A stretch of 58,443 bases of DNA from a bacterium (GTDB lineage: Bacteria > Verrucomicrobiota > Kiritimatiellia > SPBP01), in contig JBAXKQ010000003.1 in assembly GCA_037135275.1 (NCBI GenBank), positions 1-58,443 of the forward strand, given 5' to 3'. This document shows, in pieces, positions 18,406-28,605 of this stretch. Both the position numbers and the translations under genes were made by a program. Under the pieces are notes generated by a model. It did no database searches. It was given only the letters and a program-made list of their open reading frames with translations, and had not been told where the DNA came from. Within the stretch, counting starts at the first letter, position 1, and every line of letters starts with the position of its first letter.

Positions 18406-21400
18406 TCACTGGACAAGCTTCATCCACTTGTTGATTTGATACTGGGGAAGAGTTGGCACAACGCCACCACGTATCGACGTGACCACGCTGGACCCGCCAC
18501 CGCTGTACTGGATGTACCAGTTCAGGGAACCGGAATGATACACGACGACATCCGTCTTGCCGTCACCGTCATAGTCGGCAGGGACAGGCATTGCCGCACT
18601 CCAACCCCAGTTCCGTGTCAAAGTCCCGCCGCCACTGTACCTGATGTACCACATCCCGCCGCCCGGCCAGTAGACCGCCATATCAGCCTTACCGTCGCCG
18701 TCATAATCAGCAGGGACAGGCACCGGAGCGTTCCAGCCCCGGTTCTGTGTCAAGGTCCCGCCACCGCTGTACCTGATGTACCATGTGCCGCCGGCCGGCC
18801 AGTAGACCGCCATATCAGCCTTACCGTCGCCGTCATAGTCGGCAGGGACAGGCACCGTGGCGTTCCAACCCCAGTTCTGCGTCAGGGTCCCGCCACCGCT
18901 GTACCTGATGTACCATGTGCCGCCGGCCGGCCAGTAGACCGCCATATCAGCCTTACCGTCGCCGTCATAGTCGGCAGGGACAGGCACCGTCGCATTCCAA
19001 CCCCAGTTCTGCGCCAAAGTCCCGCCGCCGCTGTAGATGATGTACCATGTGCCACCGGCTGGCCAGTAGACCGCCATATCAGCTCTTCCGTCGCCGTCAT
19101 AGTCAGCAGAGACAGGCACCGTCGCATTCCAGCCCCACCCCTGCGTCCGTGTGCCGCCCCCGCTATTCATGATATCCCAGACCCCGCCGGCAGGCAGGTA
19201 TGTTGAGACATCGGCCTTCCCGTCGCCGTCAAAATCATCCTTAGCTGCAGTCACGCGGCTCATCACCACCTGGTCTACCCACCCACAATCCGAACCAGCT
19301 GCGACGCTATCATCCTTTGTGTAGGCCCATCTGATGGTATGACTGCCGGCCGGAACAAAGAACTCCTTTTCCTCCCAGCCAACTGTCCCTGAAATGCGGC
19401 CAGCTTTCTCAACCTCATCAATGTAGAAACGAAGGTAATCGTAGCCGGCCTCTGAAGAGACCTTCCACCAGAAGCGTATGTTGACGGGCCCGGCCAATGT
19501 GACCGCCATCCATGATTGTGCATTATTGCCAACCTGCCCGCTCCTTGCGGCGTCCACGCCATCATGCGTCTCCGACGTCTGCCCAAACCAGTTCGCGCCA
19601 CCTCCAGTGGTCCATGTGAGTTTTGGAGCATCCACCGCATCGCCCAGCAAACCGCTGGCGCCATACTTGAGCGAATAGAGAGCTGCCGTCCCGACAGAGT
19701 AGCTGCGAACGCGCAGATAGTATGTCCCCTGGTTGGTTGGTGCATAGTTGAGGCTGAACTGAAGATTTCCGCCGGAATCGTCGTCATACGCGACACGGGC
19801 CGTGCCGTTTGAGTCCCTGAACAGCTCGACGAACGTGTCTCCGCTGCCACCAACAGAGTTGAAATTGTACGCATAGCCCGTGGTGAGTGAGACCGAGAAC
19901 CAATCGTAGAGATCAGTCGCCGAGAGCGTATGGGGCCCATGAACCTGCTCCTCTGCGCCTGGCAGGGAAATTGCCACCGCCCCTGCGCCAGAGTCATCAC
20001 CCGGGTCCCAGGAATCCCCGACTCCTGTGGGTGTTGTTGCAGCCGACTCGTTGGAATAGTCGGAATACCCGGCGGGACTGTAAGCTCTGACCCTGTATGT
20101 GTAGGTCGTGGCCTCAATCAGGGATCCATCCGAGACGGTGGTTGTGTTGGCCCCGACCCGCGCAATCTCTGCCCATGCGCCAGCGCCGGTCTTTCGCTCC
20201 ACCGCAAAACCTTCCTCATTGTTGGACTTATCCTGCCAGACGAGCCTCACGCTGTTGCTGGCACTGGCACTGGCCGTCAGACCGGTTGGTGCGACCATTG
20301 CCTCGCCGGCCACGACACTGCCCCAGATGGCCACGTCGTCAATATTCCAGCCGCAGTACCCCCACGTATCATCGGTGGATCCCATGCCCCAGCGCACATA
20401 CACTGCGCTCTTCCTGTCGGCGACGCTCGAGATGTCGAGAACCTGCTGGGTCCAGTCGGCATCGGCAATCTCAGTCGTGTTCTCCCAGATTCGCGTCCAG
20501 GTGACGCCGTCATTTGACGCTTCCACGTATGCGTGGTCGTACGCCGGCCGCTCAACACCCAGCCAGCGCCAGAACTCCAGTTTGGTATTGGATGCCGCGG
20601 ACAGGTCCATGGCACTGGTGGTCAACCATACGGTTCCAGGCATGTTGCCGGGATAGTCACCTGCAAGATTGTAACCATAGACGTTGTCTCCTGAATACCC
20701 GGCGACCGGGTCGGGTGACCCGTGCTCCCCTCCGCCGCCGGCCGGCTGCCCGAAAGCCCATTGGCCCCCGGCGGTCCAGCCTGGCGATGTATCCATCGGG
20801 AAGAACAGCATCCCGGTCCCGAGCATCATGTAGTCGGCACTGGCCGTCTGGCTGGCAACCATGCCCGTCTTGTAGGTTTTAGCCTTCAGAGTCAGGTCAG
20901 ACGAGATCGCGATTGGAGTCGTATAGTGCGACGACATCTCGGTGGGCTCACTGCCATCCGTGGTGTAGTAGATCGAGGCTTCGGCTGTGGCCGTGGTGAC
21001 TGTCACTGCAATCGCCCCGCCATAAGCCCCCGCCGGCGGGTCAAAACTCGGAGTAGCCGCAGCCGCCAGTCCTGCTCCGACCCCAACGCCGTCCCATGCA
21101 GCCTCAACGCTTGCCACCCAGGACTGGTTGAGGGCTGCAGCCGCAGACACCCAGGCGCTGCGAACAGCTTCATAGTCGGTGTTCTGTGTGCAGTAGACGG
21201 TAAGAGCAAGGTAGGCCACCTTCCCGGCATTCGTAACACCAATTCCTGTCACATTGTAGGACAGGCCGTCATTCACGCCCGCGCCTCCCTCAGACAACAG
21301 GTAGAACATGAAATCCTGCACCCCGGAGTTTATGTGAACGCCGCCATAGTCGCCGGTACCATAGTACCAGTACGTCCCCTTGTAACGGCTGGGCAGTTCG

Positions 21401-22956
21401 TTGCCGGTCCCGACAGTCTGCGGATTGCCTGGATTCCGCATGTCACGCAATGACTTGTCACTGAGCCAGCAATCTTCTCCCAACAACCAGTCAGCCGTTC
21501 CTGCCGATACATCCGGATAGAGTGCCCGCCCGTCCTGCTGACTATGAAACTCAACGCAGGCCCCGAAGATGTCCGAGAACGACTCGTTCAGTGCGCCCGA
21601 CTCATTGAGATACCGCAGGTTGGATGTATTCTCGGTGACAGCGTGCGCAAACTCGTGACCCACTACGTCCAACGTCGCAAGCGGCCCGGCGTTGACGCCA
21701 TCACCGTCACCAAAATGGAAGTCACCCCCGTCCCAGTACGCATTGACATAGCTTACTCCCTGGTGAACATTTGCACGGGCATACGCGCCCAGACCGTTGA
21801 AACTGTTCCGGTTGTGAGCCTGCAGATAGTAGGACTGCACCAGATGAAGATTCCTGCCCGCAGAGACCTCAACAGGGTCCGACGTCCCCCATGCGGCCGT
21901 GCTCCTGTACGCATATGTGCCGTTGTCGATCCACGAACCAGCCGTGGCGCCGTTGAAGACATACCACCGACTCGTCTTGTTGTAGAGGTAGTAGACACCA
22001 GTGTTTTCGTACCAACCCGTGAGACTCGTCGATCCGCCGCCTTCGCCGGAGAGGACTGTTCCCGTAATGGTGGTATCGAGTCCGTTGGCCGTGGGCGCCG
22101 ACACACTCTTGATGTCGTTGAAGCGCATGAGCACCGACCCGTCAAGCGCATCAATCCAGTATCGCCACCTGCCAGGCCCGGTCTGGCCGTGTTCATATGA
22201 AACCGTCAGCTCATAGGCAAGAGCAGGCTCGCAATCCAGGGCATATACGACCAGTTCGGGCTCCGACGCAACGGCCGTCTTCGCAGCGCCCACCGGCAGA
22301 TCCTTCAAGGCTGAAGCCACTGCTGAGTCCGGTTCTATCAAGGGTTTCAGCTTAACGGAGACATCCCTGACGTAGCTTCCGTTGACCTCACACGCATCGC
22401 CGCTCCTGTCGAAGTGGACAACAAGCTCCCCGCCCACAACGGGAATTCCCTCATAAAACTGGCGCACACGAACATGGTGAAAGCCGAGGCTGTCTCCGGT
22501 TGCAGGTTGCGCAACAAGCTCTTCTTCGGCATCGCCAAGGCCGTAGATGCCCGAGAGGCTGTCCATGACCGCGACGGCGTCAGACTCGTACGCACCCCCA
22601 CCCTTTGCTGCCAGGCCTTTGCCAGCCGAATACGAGCGCCGTCCCGCCAGGCCCTTCCCCTTCACAAAAACCGGGACTCCCAGCCTGGAATGCCAACGCG
22701 TTTCGACACCCTCTTTTTCCGCAAGCCCGGACCACCGCCGCTGCTCCTGAGAAACGGCAAGCCCGTGCACCCCACCCCTTCCAGACACCTGGCGCCCCGG
22801 GATCTTTGCATCATTATGCCCGTCCCTCAACGCCAGGGACGGCTGGGCACACCACATCAACAGGCCCGCAGCGAGCGAACACGACGCAACCCCTACAACG
22901 CCGCGCACGCGAAAGGGTTGTTCCTTCACCAGAAATGCACCATGATTTGATCTCAT
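18406..22956 (-). CDS. Secreted M4 (thermolysin-family) metalloprotease with multiple accessory domains and six C-terminal FG-GAP repeats
   Basis: FTP/PepSY-type propeptide (HVRVRQFYEGIPVVGG, IDALDG). NAYW, HEFAH zinc motif, GALNESFSD, GGVHINSG. Then Fn3-associated (IYYTTDGSEP), jelly-roll (GWNIDDV), FN3, PPC-like (DDDSGGN), second jelly-roll and 6 FG-GAP repeats. Confidence 0.92.
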   Translation of the reverse strand: MRSNHGAFLVKEQPFRVRGVVGVASCSLAAGLLMWCAQPSLALRDGHNDAKIPGRQVSGRGGVHGLAVSQEQRRWSGLAEKEGVETRWHSRLGVPVFVKGKGLAGRRSYSAGKGLAAKGGGAYESDAVAVMDSLSGIYGLGDAEEELVAQPATGDSLGFHHVRVRQFYEGIPVVGGELVVHFDRSGDACEVNGSYVRDVSVKLKPLIEPDSAVASALKDLPVGAAKTAVASEPELVVYALDCEPALAYELTVSYEHGQTGPGRWRYWIDALDGSVLMRFNDIKSVSAPTANGLDTTITGTVLSGEGGGSTSLTGWYENTGVYYLYNKTSRWYVFNGATAGSWIDNGTYAYRSTAAWGTSDPVEVSAGRNLHLVQSYYLQAHNRNSFNGLGAYARANVHQGVSYVNAYWDGGDFHFGDGDGVNAGPLATLDVVGHEFAHAVTENTSNLRYLNESGALNESFSDIFGACVEFHSQQDGRALYPDVSAGTADWLLGEDCWLSDKSLRDMRNPGNPQTVGTGNELPSRYKGTYWYYGTGDYGGVHINSGVQDFMFYLLSEGGAGVNDGLSYNVTGIGVTNAGKVAYLALTVYCTQNTDYEAVRSAWVSAAAALNQSWVASVEAAWDGVGVGAGLAAAATPSFDPPAGAYGGAIAVTVTTATAEASIYYTTDGSEPTEMSSHYTTPIAISSDLTLKAKTYKTGMVASQTASADYMMLGTGMLFFPMDTSPGWTAGGQWAFGQPAGGGGEHGSPDPVAGYSGDNVYGYNLAGDYPGNMPGTVWLTTSAMDLSAASNTKLEFWRWLGVERPAYDHAYVEASNDGVTWTRIWENTTEIADADWTQQVLDISSVADRKSAVYVRWGMGSTDDTWGYCGWNIDDVAIWGSVVAGEAMVAPTGLTASASASNSVRLVWQDKSNNEEGFAVERKTGAGAWAEIARVGANTTTVSDGSLIEATTYTYRVRAYSPAGYSDYSNESAATTPTGVGDSWDPGDDSGAGAVAISLPGAEEQVHGPHTLSATDLYDWFSVSLTTGYAYNFNSVGGSGDTFVELFRDSNGTARVAYDDDSGGNLQFSLNYAPTNQGTYYLRVRSYSVGTAALYSLKYGASGLLGDAVDAPKLTWTTGGGANWFGQTSETHDGVDAARSGQVGNNAQSWMAVTLAGPVNIRFWWKVSSEAGYDYLRFYIDEVEKAGRISGTVGWEEKEFFVPAGSHTIRWAYTKDDSVAAGSDCGWVDQVVMSRVTAAKDDFDGDGKADVSTYLPAGGVWDIMNSGGGTRTQGWGWNATVPVSADYDGDGRADMAVYWPAGGTWYIIYSGGGTLAQNWGWNATVPVPADYDGDGKADMAVYWPAGGTWYIRYSGGGTLTQNWGWNATVPVPADYDGDGKADMAVYWPAGGTWYIRYSGGGTLTQNRGWNAPVPVPADYDGDGKADMAVYWPGGGMWYIRYSGGGTLTRNWGWSAAMPVPADYDGDGKTDVVVYHSGSLNWYIQYSGGGSSVVTSIRGGVVPTLPQYQINKWMKLVQ
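18545..19236 (-). repeat. 132-bp tandem coding repeats, central copies near-identical
   Basis: tagaccgccatatcag recurs at 18671, 18803, 18935 and 19067, i.e. exactly 132 nt apart. Confidence 0.95.
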
Positions 22957-23120
22957 CCGGCGATGCTATTGTCCGCCGCCGCAGATGGTCAAACACAAAC
23001 AACAACCGGCCGCTCAATCCACGGCGCTTTCATGCTGGCTTTTCCTGGTCGGATTTGCTACCACCCGAATTCGTGGTTCGCAGCTTCCGCGAGCGGCATG
23101 AATAGCCCTGGAGAGTCACG

Positions 23121-24011
23121 TTGAAACTTTTGATAGTCGGAGCGGGAGGACAACTGGGCCGCGATTGTGCATCCCTGCTGGGATCACGTCACGAGATGCT
23201 CGGACTGGATCTGCCGGCATTCGACGTGACAAATGAAAGACAGGTGAGCGATGCGATCTTGGCTTTCCATCCCGACACGATCATCAATTGTTCCGCATAC
23301 ACCGCCGTTGACGCCTGCGAGACATCCAGGGATAAAGCGTGGAAAGCCAACGCGGTAGGCCCCATGTACCTGGCCAGGGCTTCACATCTTTCAGGCTCCC
23401 TGCTGGTTCATATTTCCACCGATTATGTCTTCGATGGCACACGCCCGCAACCGGCTCCGTACCTGGAAACTGACGCAACGCGTCCGCTCTCCTGGTATGG
23501 CGAAACAAAACTCGCTGGCGAGAAGAGCATCGCGGAAAACACCGAACGATTTGTCATATTGCGAACTTCATGGCTTTATGGAAGACACGGCCAGAACTTC
23601 CCGAAGACAATCCTCAGGCTTGCATTGAACAATCCGGACAAGGTTTTGCGGGTTGTAAACGACCAGTACGGCTCACCGACCTGGTCGTACCGGCTTGCAG
23701 CCCAGATCGACAAGGTCATTGCCTGCGAATGTCATGGGGTATACCATGCCACGTCCGAAGGGTACTGCAGCTGGCACGAATTCGCCCGATGCTTCCTGGA
23801 TCTCATGAATGTGGAATACAAGATGGTTCCGTGCAGTACTGCGGAATACCCCACACCGGCAAGGCGCCCGCACAATTCGATCCTTGAGAACAGCCGGCTC
23901 AAAGCCGCCGGCATCAACATGATGAAGGACTGGAAGACCGACCTCGCAGAGGTCGTGGCCGCCTTCCGCGACGAATTGCTCGCCGAGGCAAGATTGCCAA
24001 AGGAAGCCTGA
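23121..24011 (+). CDS. rmlD: dTDP-4-dehydrorhamnose reductase
   Basis: GAGGQLG, AYTAVD, ISTDYVFDG, YGETKLAGE, DQYGSPT, PARRP motifs. TTG start after GGAGAG. Confidence 0.95.
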   Translation: MKLLIVGAGGQLGRDCASLLGSRHEMLGLDLPAFDVTNERQVSDAILAFHPDTIINCSAYTAVDACETSRDKAWKANAVGPMYLARASHLSGSLLVHISTDYVFDGTRPQPAPYLETDATRPLSWYGETKLAGEKSIAENTERFVILRTSWLYGRHGQNFPKTILRLALNNPDKVLRVVNDQYGSPTWSYRLAAQIDKVIACECHGVYHATSEGYCSWHEFARCFLDLMNVEYKMVPCSTAEYPTPARRPHNSILENSRLKAAGINMMKDWKTDLAEVVAAFRDELLAEARLPKEA

Positions 24012-24112
24012 TGCGGAGTAGTAGAACAGAATGATTGCGGCAGGGGTACCCCGCTGTCAATGATTCGGGCAAATGGTGGTTGCGGGCGAATCACCCGCAG
24101 GAAAGGACGACA

Positions 24113-25192
24113 ATGTCCGGAAACGCTGACATCAACAACTTGCTCGTCACCGGTGGTGCGGGCTTCATCGGCGCAAACGCCATCCGGCACCTTCTGGCTG
24201 CACCCGGCTTCAAAGGCCGCATTGTCAACCTGGACAAGCTGACATATGCCGGCAACCCCCTGAGCCTCGCCGATATCGCTTCAAAGCATTCAAAGCGCTA
24301 TGTTTTTGTGAAGGCAGATATTTGCAGCCGCAAAGCCGTGGCAGATGTTTTGGACAAGCACAGGATCGACGCAGTCTGTCATTTCGCAGCCGAATCACAC
24401 GTCGATCGCTCGATAGCGCGCCCCTCGGATTTCGTCCGCACGAACATCGTAGGGACGTATAACCTGCTGGAGTTGTGCCGCGAGCGAATGGATCGGATTC
24501 ACGTCTTCCACCACGTCAGCACCGACGAAGTATTTGGATCCCTGGGGTCGTCAGGGTACTTCACAGAGGAGACACCTTACAAACCAAACAGCCCCTATTC
24601 CGCATCAAAGGCGTCGTCCGACCATCTGGTCCGCGCCTACCACGCGACATACGGCCTCCCAGTGACAATCTCAAACTGCTCAAACAACTACGGACCGTAC
24701 CAGTTTCCCGAAAAACTCATTCCGCTGATGATTTTGAACGCCCTGGAAGGCAAACCTCTGCCGGTGTACGGAGACGGACGGAACGTTCGCGACTGGCTGT
24801 ACGTGCGTGACCACTGCGCCGCGATCTGGACGATTCTGCGACGGGGTCGCAGGGGTGAAACCTACAACATCGGCGGCAGGAACGAGATGCAGAACATCCA
24901 TGTAGTCCGCCTGATCTGCGACCTGATCGATGAGATGGCCGGGAGACTCGCCGGCGGCTCCCCGCGCACAGAGCTGATAACATTTGTCAAAGACAGGCCT
25001 GGCCACGACAAACGCTATGCCATAGACTGCAGCAAGATCGAGCGGGAGCTGGGGTGGCGCCCTAAGGAATCGTTTGAAACCGGCATACGCAAGACCGTAA
25101 GGTGGTATCTTGAAAATCGGGAGTGGGTTGACAACATCCGTTCAGGAAAATACAAGGCGTGGATCAGGAGCCAGTACGGCACCGCATCTTGA
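24113..25192 (+). CDS. rmlB: dTDP-glucose 4,6-dehydratase
   Basis: [44 protein letters not shown] motifs. RBS GAAAGGA. Confidence 0.97.
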   Translation: MSGNADINNLLVTGGAGFIGANAIRHLLAAPGFKGRIVNLDKLTYAGNPLSLADIASKHSKRYVFVKADICSRKAVADVLDKHRIDAVCHFAAESHVDRSIARPSDFVRTNIVGTYNLLELCRERMDRIHVFHHVSTDEVFGSLGSSGYFTEETPYKPNSPYSASKASSDHLVRAYHATYGLPVTISNCSNNYGPYQFPEKLIPLMILNALEGKPLPVYGDGRNVRDWLYVRDHCAAIWTILRRGRRGETYNIGGRNEMQNIHVVRLICDLIDEMAGRLAGGSPRTELITFVKDRPGHDKRYAIDCSKIERELGWRPKESFETGIRKTVRWYLENREWVDNIRSGKYKAWIRSQYGTAS

Positions 25193-25207
25193 AATGTGGA
25201 GACAATC

Positions 25208-26086
25208 ATGAAGGGCATATTACTGGCCGGCGGCAGCGGCACTCGCATGTACCCCATCACAAGAGCTGTTAGCAAGCAGCTCCTGCCCGTGTACGACAAG
25301 CCGATGATCTACTACCCGCTGTCGGTGCTGATGCTGGCCGGCATCAGGGATGTCCTCGTGATATCAACACCGGTGGATCTGCCACAGTACAGGATGCTTC
25401 TCGGCGATGGAGTCCATCTGGGAATGCGCTTCTCCTACGCCGAGCAGCCACGGCCCGAAGGGCTCGCACAGGCGTTTGTCCTGGGCAAAACGTTCATCGG
25501 CAACGGGCCTGTGGCGCTCATTCTGGGCGACAACATCTTCTACGGACACGGTTTCCGTGAAACACTCCATCGCGCCAGCCAGTTGACATCAGGCGGTCTT
25601 ATCTTCGGCCATCCGGTTCATGATCCGGAGCGTTACGGAGTGGTCGAATTCGACGCATCCGGCAAGGTGCTCGACATCGAGGAGAAGCCGCAGAAGCCCC
25701 GGTCCCGCTATGCGGTCCCCGGCCTCTATTTCTACGATAACAGTGTCATCCGAATTGCCGAACAGCTCAAGCCATCGCCCCGTGGCGAGCTGGAGATCAC
25801 GGACGTGAACCGTGTCTACATGAAGGAGGGCAAACTCATGGTGGAACTGCTGGGAAGAGGCATGGCCTGGCTGGATACCGGCACCCACGAGTCCCTGCTT
25901 CAGGCCGGCAACTTTGTGCAGACCATCCAGCAGAGACAGGGCCTGAAGATTGCCTGCGTCGAGGAGATCGCCTACTCGCTCGGGTACATCACACGCGAGC
26001 AGCTTGTTGCCCTGGCCGAGCCAATGCTGAAAAATGAGTACGGCCAATACCTTGTCCGGGTCTCGACAGAACAGGCAACACCATGA
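25208..26086 (+). CDS. rmlA: Glucose-1-phosphate thymidylyltransferase
   Basis: [50 protein letters not shown] motifs. Confidence 0.97.
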   Translation: MKGILLAGGSGTRMYPITRAVSKQLLPVYDKPMIYYPLSVLMLAGIRDVLVISTPVDLPQYRMLLGDGVHLGMRFSYAEQPRPEGLAQAFVLGKTFIGNGPVALILGDNIFYGHGFRETLHRASQLTSGGLIFGHPVHDPERYGVVEFDASGKVLDIEEKPQKPRSRYAVPGLYFYDNSVIRIAEQLKPSPRGELEITDVNRVYMKEGKLMVELLGRGMAWLDTGTHESLLQAGNFVQTIQQRQGLKIACVEEIAYSLGYITREQLVALAEPMLKNEYGQYLVRVSTEQATP

Positions 26087-26643
26087 CAAGACTTGATTGC
26101 ACGGAGCTGGCCATTCAAGGTGTCATGCTCATCAAGCCAAGAATCTTCCACGATCACAGAGGCCTCTTCATGGAGACCTACCATCATGAGAAATACGCTG
26201 AAGCCGGCATTGCCGGATCATTCGTGCAGGACAACCGGTCACAGTCGGTCAGCGGCGTGATCAGGGGGCTGCACTACCAGCTGGCTCACCCGCAGGCAAA
26301 GTTGATTTTGGCAATCAGCGGAAGCATTTTCGACGTGGCAGTCGATATCCGCCACGGTTCCCCCACGTTCGGCAAGTGGGTTGGCGAGATCCTGTCGGAC
26401 GAGAACCATCACCAGCTATATGTGCCTACCGGCTTCGCACACGGTTTCTGCGTGCTGAGCGGGAAGGCCGATGTGCTGTACAAGTGCACAGACTTGTACC
26501 ATCCCGGGGACGATCATGGGGTGATATGGAATGATCCGGACATAGGAATCAAGTGGCCGGTCGTTGATCCTGTCCTCTCCGCCAAGGACGCCGCTCTTCC
26601 CGGCCTTCCCGGCATACCGCCGGGCAGCTTGCCTCAGTTCTAG
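26083..26643 (+). CDS. rmlC: dTDP-4-dehydrorhamnose 3,5-epimerase
   Basis: FVQDN, RGLHYQ, DVAVDIR, GFAHGF, YKC motifs. ATGA overlap with rmlA. Confidence 0.96.
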   Translation: MTRLDCTELAIQGVMLIKPRIFHDHRGLFMETYHHEKYAEAGIAGSFVQDNRSQSVSGVIRGLHYQLAHPQAKLILAISGSIFDVAVDIRHGSPTFGKWVGEILSDENHHQLYVPTGFAHGFCVLSGKADVLYKCTDLYHPGDDHGVIWNDPDIGIKWPVVDPVLSAKDAALPGLPGIPPGSLPQF

Positions 26644-26736
26644 CGGGACCTCGCGCTTGCAGTGGATGGCGCCATTGCGTTGTGACGATCTCAGGCCGGA
26701 TGGCAGGAGTTCAAACACGGGAACGAGCACTTAAGA

Positions 26737-27942
26737 ATGGCTGAATCCATACACACCACCGGTCTTCCGCCGCCACACGGGGGGCACCTGCTTCCTCTTA
26801 TGCTCTCCGGCGACGAAGGCGCCCAGGAAGCCAGACGGGCCGCGTCGCTGCCGGTCATTCGCATGGCTTCCCGTGAGACCTCTGACCTGATAATGCTCGC
26901 CATGGGCGCATTCAGCCCGCTGAAGGGTTTCATGTGCAGCGAAGACTACTCCGGCGTTGTGTCCGGAATGCACATGAAGGACGGCACTCTCTGGCCGGTA
27001 CCGGTAACGCTTGCCGTGGACAGGCAGCGGGCGGCCGGACTCCGCGAGGGCTCGGACGCAGCACTTGTAGACGGTGAATCAGGGACGCTGATGGGCACGA
27101 TGCGCATAGCGGAGATATTTGACTACAACAGGACAGTCGAGGCAAAGAACGTCTTCCGCACCGATGATCCTGCGCATCCGGGCGTCGCAAAGCTCATGAA
27201 GCAGCCCGATGTCCTCGTGGGTGGCCCGGTGAGGGCCTTGAGCGAAGGCGACTACCCCTCCAGATTCGGGGCATACTACGCACGGCCAACGGACACTCGG
27301 GCCCTGTTCGCCGCAAAAGGCTGGAGGACGGTTGCCGCGTTCCAGGTTCGCAACCCGATTCACCGTTCACATGAATACTGTACAAAACTAGCTCTTTCAC
27401 TAACCGACGGATTGTTGATTCATCCGCTGGTCGGCAAACTGAAGGATGACGATATTCCTGCCGAAGTCAGGATGAAATGCTACGAAGTGCTGCTGGACAA
27501 GTACTACCCGAAGGACCGCGTTGTTTGCCGCGTCTATCCCATGGAAATGCGGTACGCCGGCCCGCGCGAGGCGGTACTACACGCCGTCTTCCGCCAGAAC
27601 TTCGGGTGCAGCCACATGATAATCGGCCGCGACCATGCCGGCGTGGGCTCATACTACGGGCCTTTCGACGCGCAGAATATCTTCGACGAAATCCCGGCCG
27701 GCGAGCTGCTGATCAAGCCCCTCAAGATAGACTGGACCTTCTGGTGTTACAAATGCCAAGGTATGGCGTCGGCCAAGACTTGCCCGCATACGCAGTCTGA
27801 CCGGCTCCTGATCAGCGGCACAGAACTCAGGAATACTCTGGCAAGCGGAAAGATGCCGCCGCCGGAGTTCAGCCGGCCGGAAGTGCTCGAGATTCTGCGG
27901 CAGTACTACAGCAAGGCTGGCACGGAGGATGTGGGACGATGA
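26737..27942 (+). CDS. sat: Sulfate adenylyltransferase (ATP sulfurylase)
   Basis: [44 protein letters not shown], CxxC...CPH, ISGT motifs. Confidence 0.96.
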   Translation: MAESIHTTGLPPPHGGHLLPLMLSGDEGAQEARRAASLPVIRMASRETSDLIMLAMGAFSPLKGFMCSEDYSGVVSGMHMKDGTLWPVPVTLAVDRQRAAGLREGSDAALVDGESGTLMGTMRIAEIFDYNRTVEAKNVFRTDDPAHPGVAKLMKQPDVLVGGPVRALSEGDYPSRFGAYYARPTDTRALFAAKGWRTVAAFQVRNPIHRSHEYCTKLALSLTDGLLIHPLVGKLKDDDIPAEVRMKCYEVLLDKYYPKDRVVCRVYPMEMRYAGPREAVLHAVFRQNFGCSHMIIGRDHAGVGSYYGPFDAQNIFDEIPAGELLIKPLKIDWTFWCYKCQGMASAKTCPHTQSDRLLISGTELRNTLASGKMPPPEFSRPEVLEILRQYYSKAGTEDVGR

Positions 27943-28553
27943 CACCGGAGAAGGCCGACAACATAACATGGCACCATGCGGCGGTTACCGCAGCCGACCG
28001 GGCGGAACGGAACGGGAACGCCGGCGCGGTCCTGTGGCTCACTGGGCTCTCCGCATCCGGCAAATCCACACTGGCTGTCGAGCTCGAGAAGACCCTCTTC
28101 GCGAAAGGCTGCCACACCTACATACTTGACGGAGACAACATCCGGCACGGCCTGAACAAGAACCTCGGCTTCAGCCCGGAGGACAGGACCGAGAACATCA
28201 GGAGAATTGCGGAAGTGGCCAGGCTTTTCGCCGACGCTGGCGTCATTGTAATAACGGCCTTCATATCTCCGTATGCCGCGGACCGCGAAACAGCCCGTAG
28301 ACTCATGCCCCCGGGCAAGTTTGTGGAAATCTACTGCAAGTGCCCGATCAATGTCTGCGAGCAACGTGACCCGAAGGGACTCTACAAGAAGGCCCGGGCC
28401 GGCCTGCTGAAGGGCTTCACGGGCATTGACGCTCCCTACGAGGAGCCTACAAACCCCGAACTTGTTGCCGATTCCGGCACACAATCCGTTGAGACGATTG
28501 CCAAAGGAATAGCTGAATACCTCAGGAAACACGGACTGATCAAGCGTGGATAA
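27939..28553 (+). CDS. cysC: Adenylyl-sulfate kinase
   Basis: [48 protein letters not shown] motifs. ATGA overlap with sat. Confidence 0.97.
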   Translation: MTPEKADNITWHHAAVTAADRAERNGNAGAVLWLTGLSASGKSTLAVELEKTLFAKGCHTYILDGDNIRHGLNKNLGFSPEDRTENIRRIAEVARLFADAGVIVITAFISPYAADRETARRLMPPGKFVEIYCKCPINVCEQRDPKGLYKKARAGLLKGFTGIDAPYEEPTNPELVADSGTQSVETIAKGIAEYLRKHGLIKRG

Positions 28554-28605
28554 TATCGAAACACTGCGTTTAGGACGGCATCAAACAAAGGAAGAGGGAG
28601 GCATC

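Noticed and set aside
18545-19236. 132-bp repeats as a CRISPR array or DGR template/variable repeats
   Set aside because: They are in-frame coding repeats without unique spacers. No cas or reverse transcriptase gene is present and differences are not adenine-specific.
26737-28553. sat as a marker of dissimilatory sulfate reduction
   Set aside because: It is coupled to APS kinase (PAPS route); no aprAB, qmo or dsr genes in the window.
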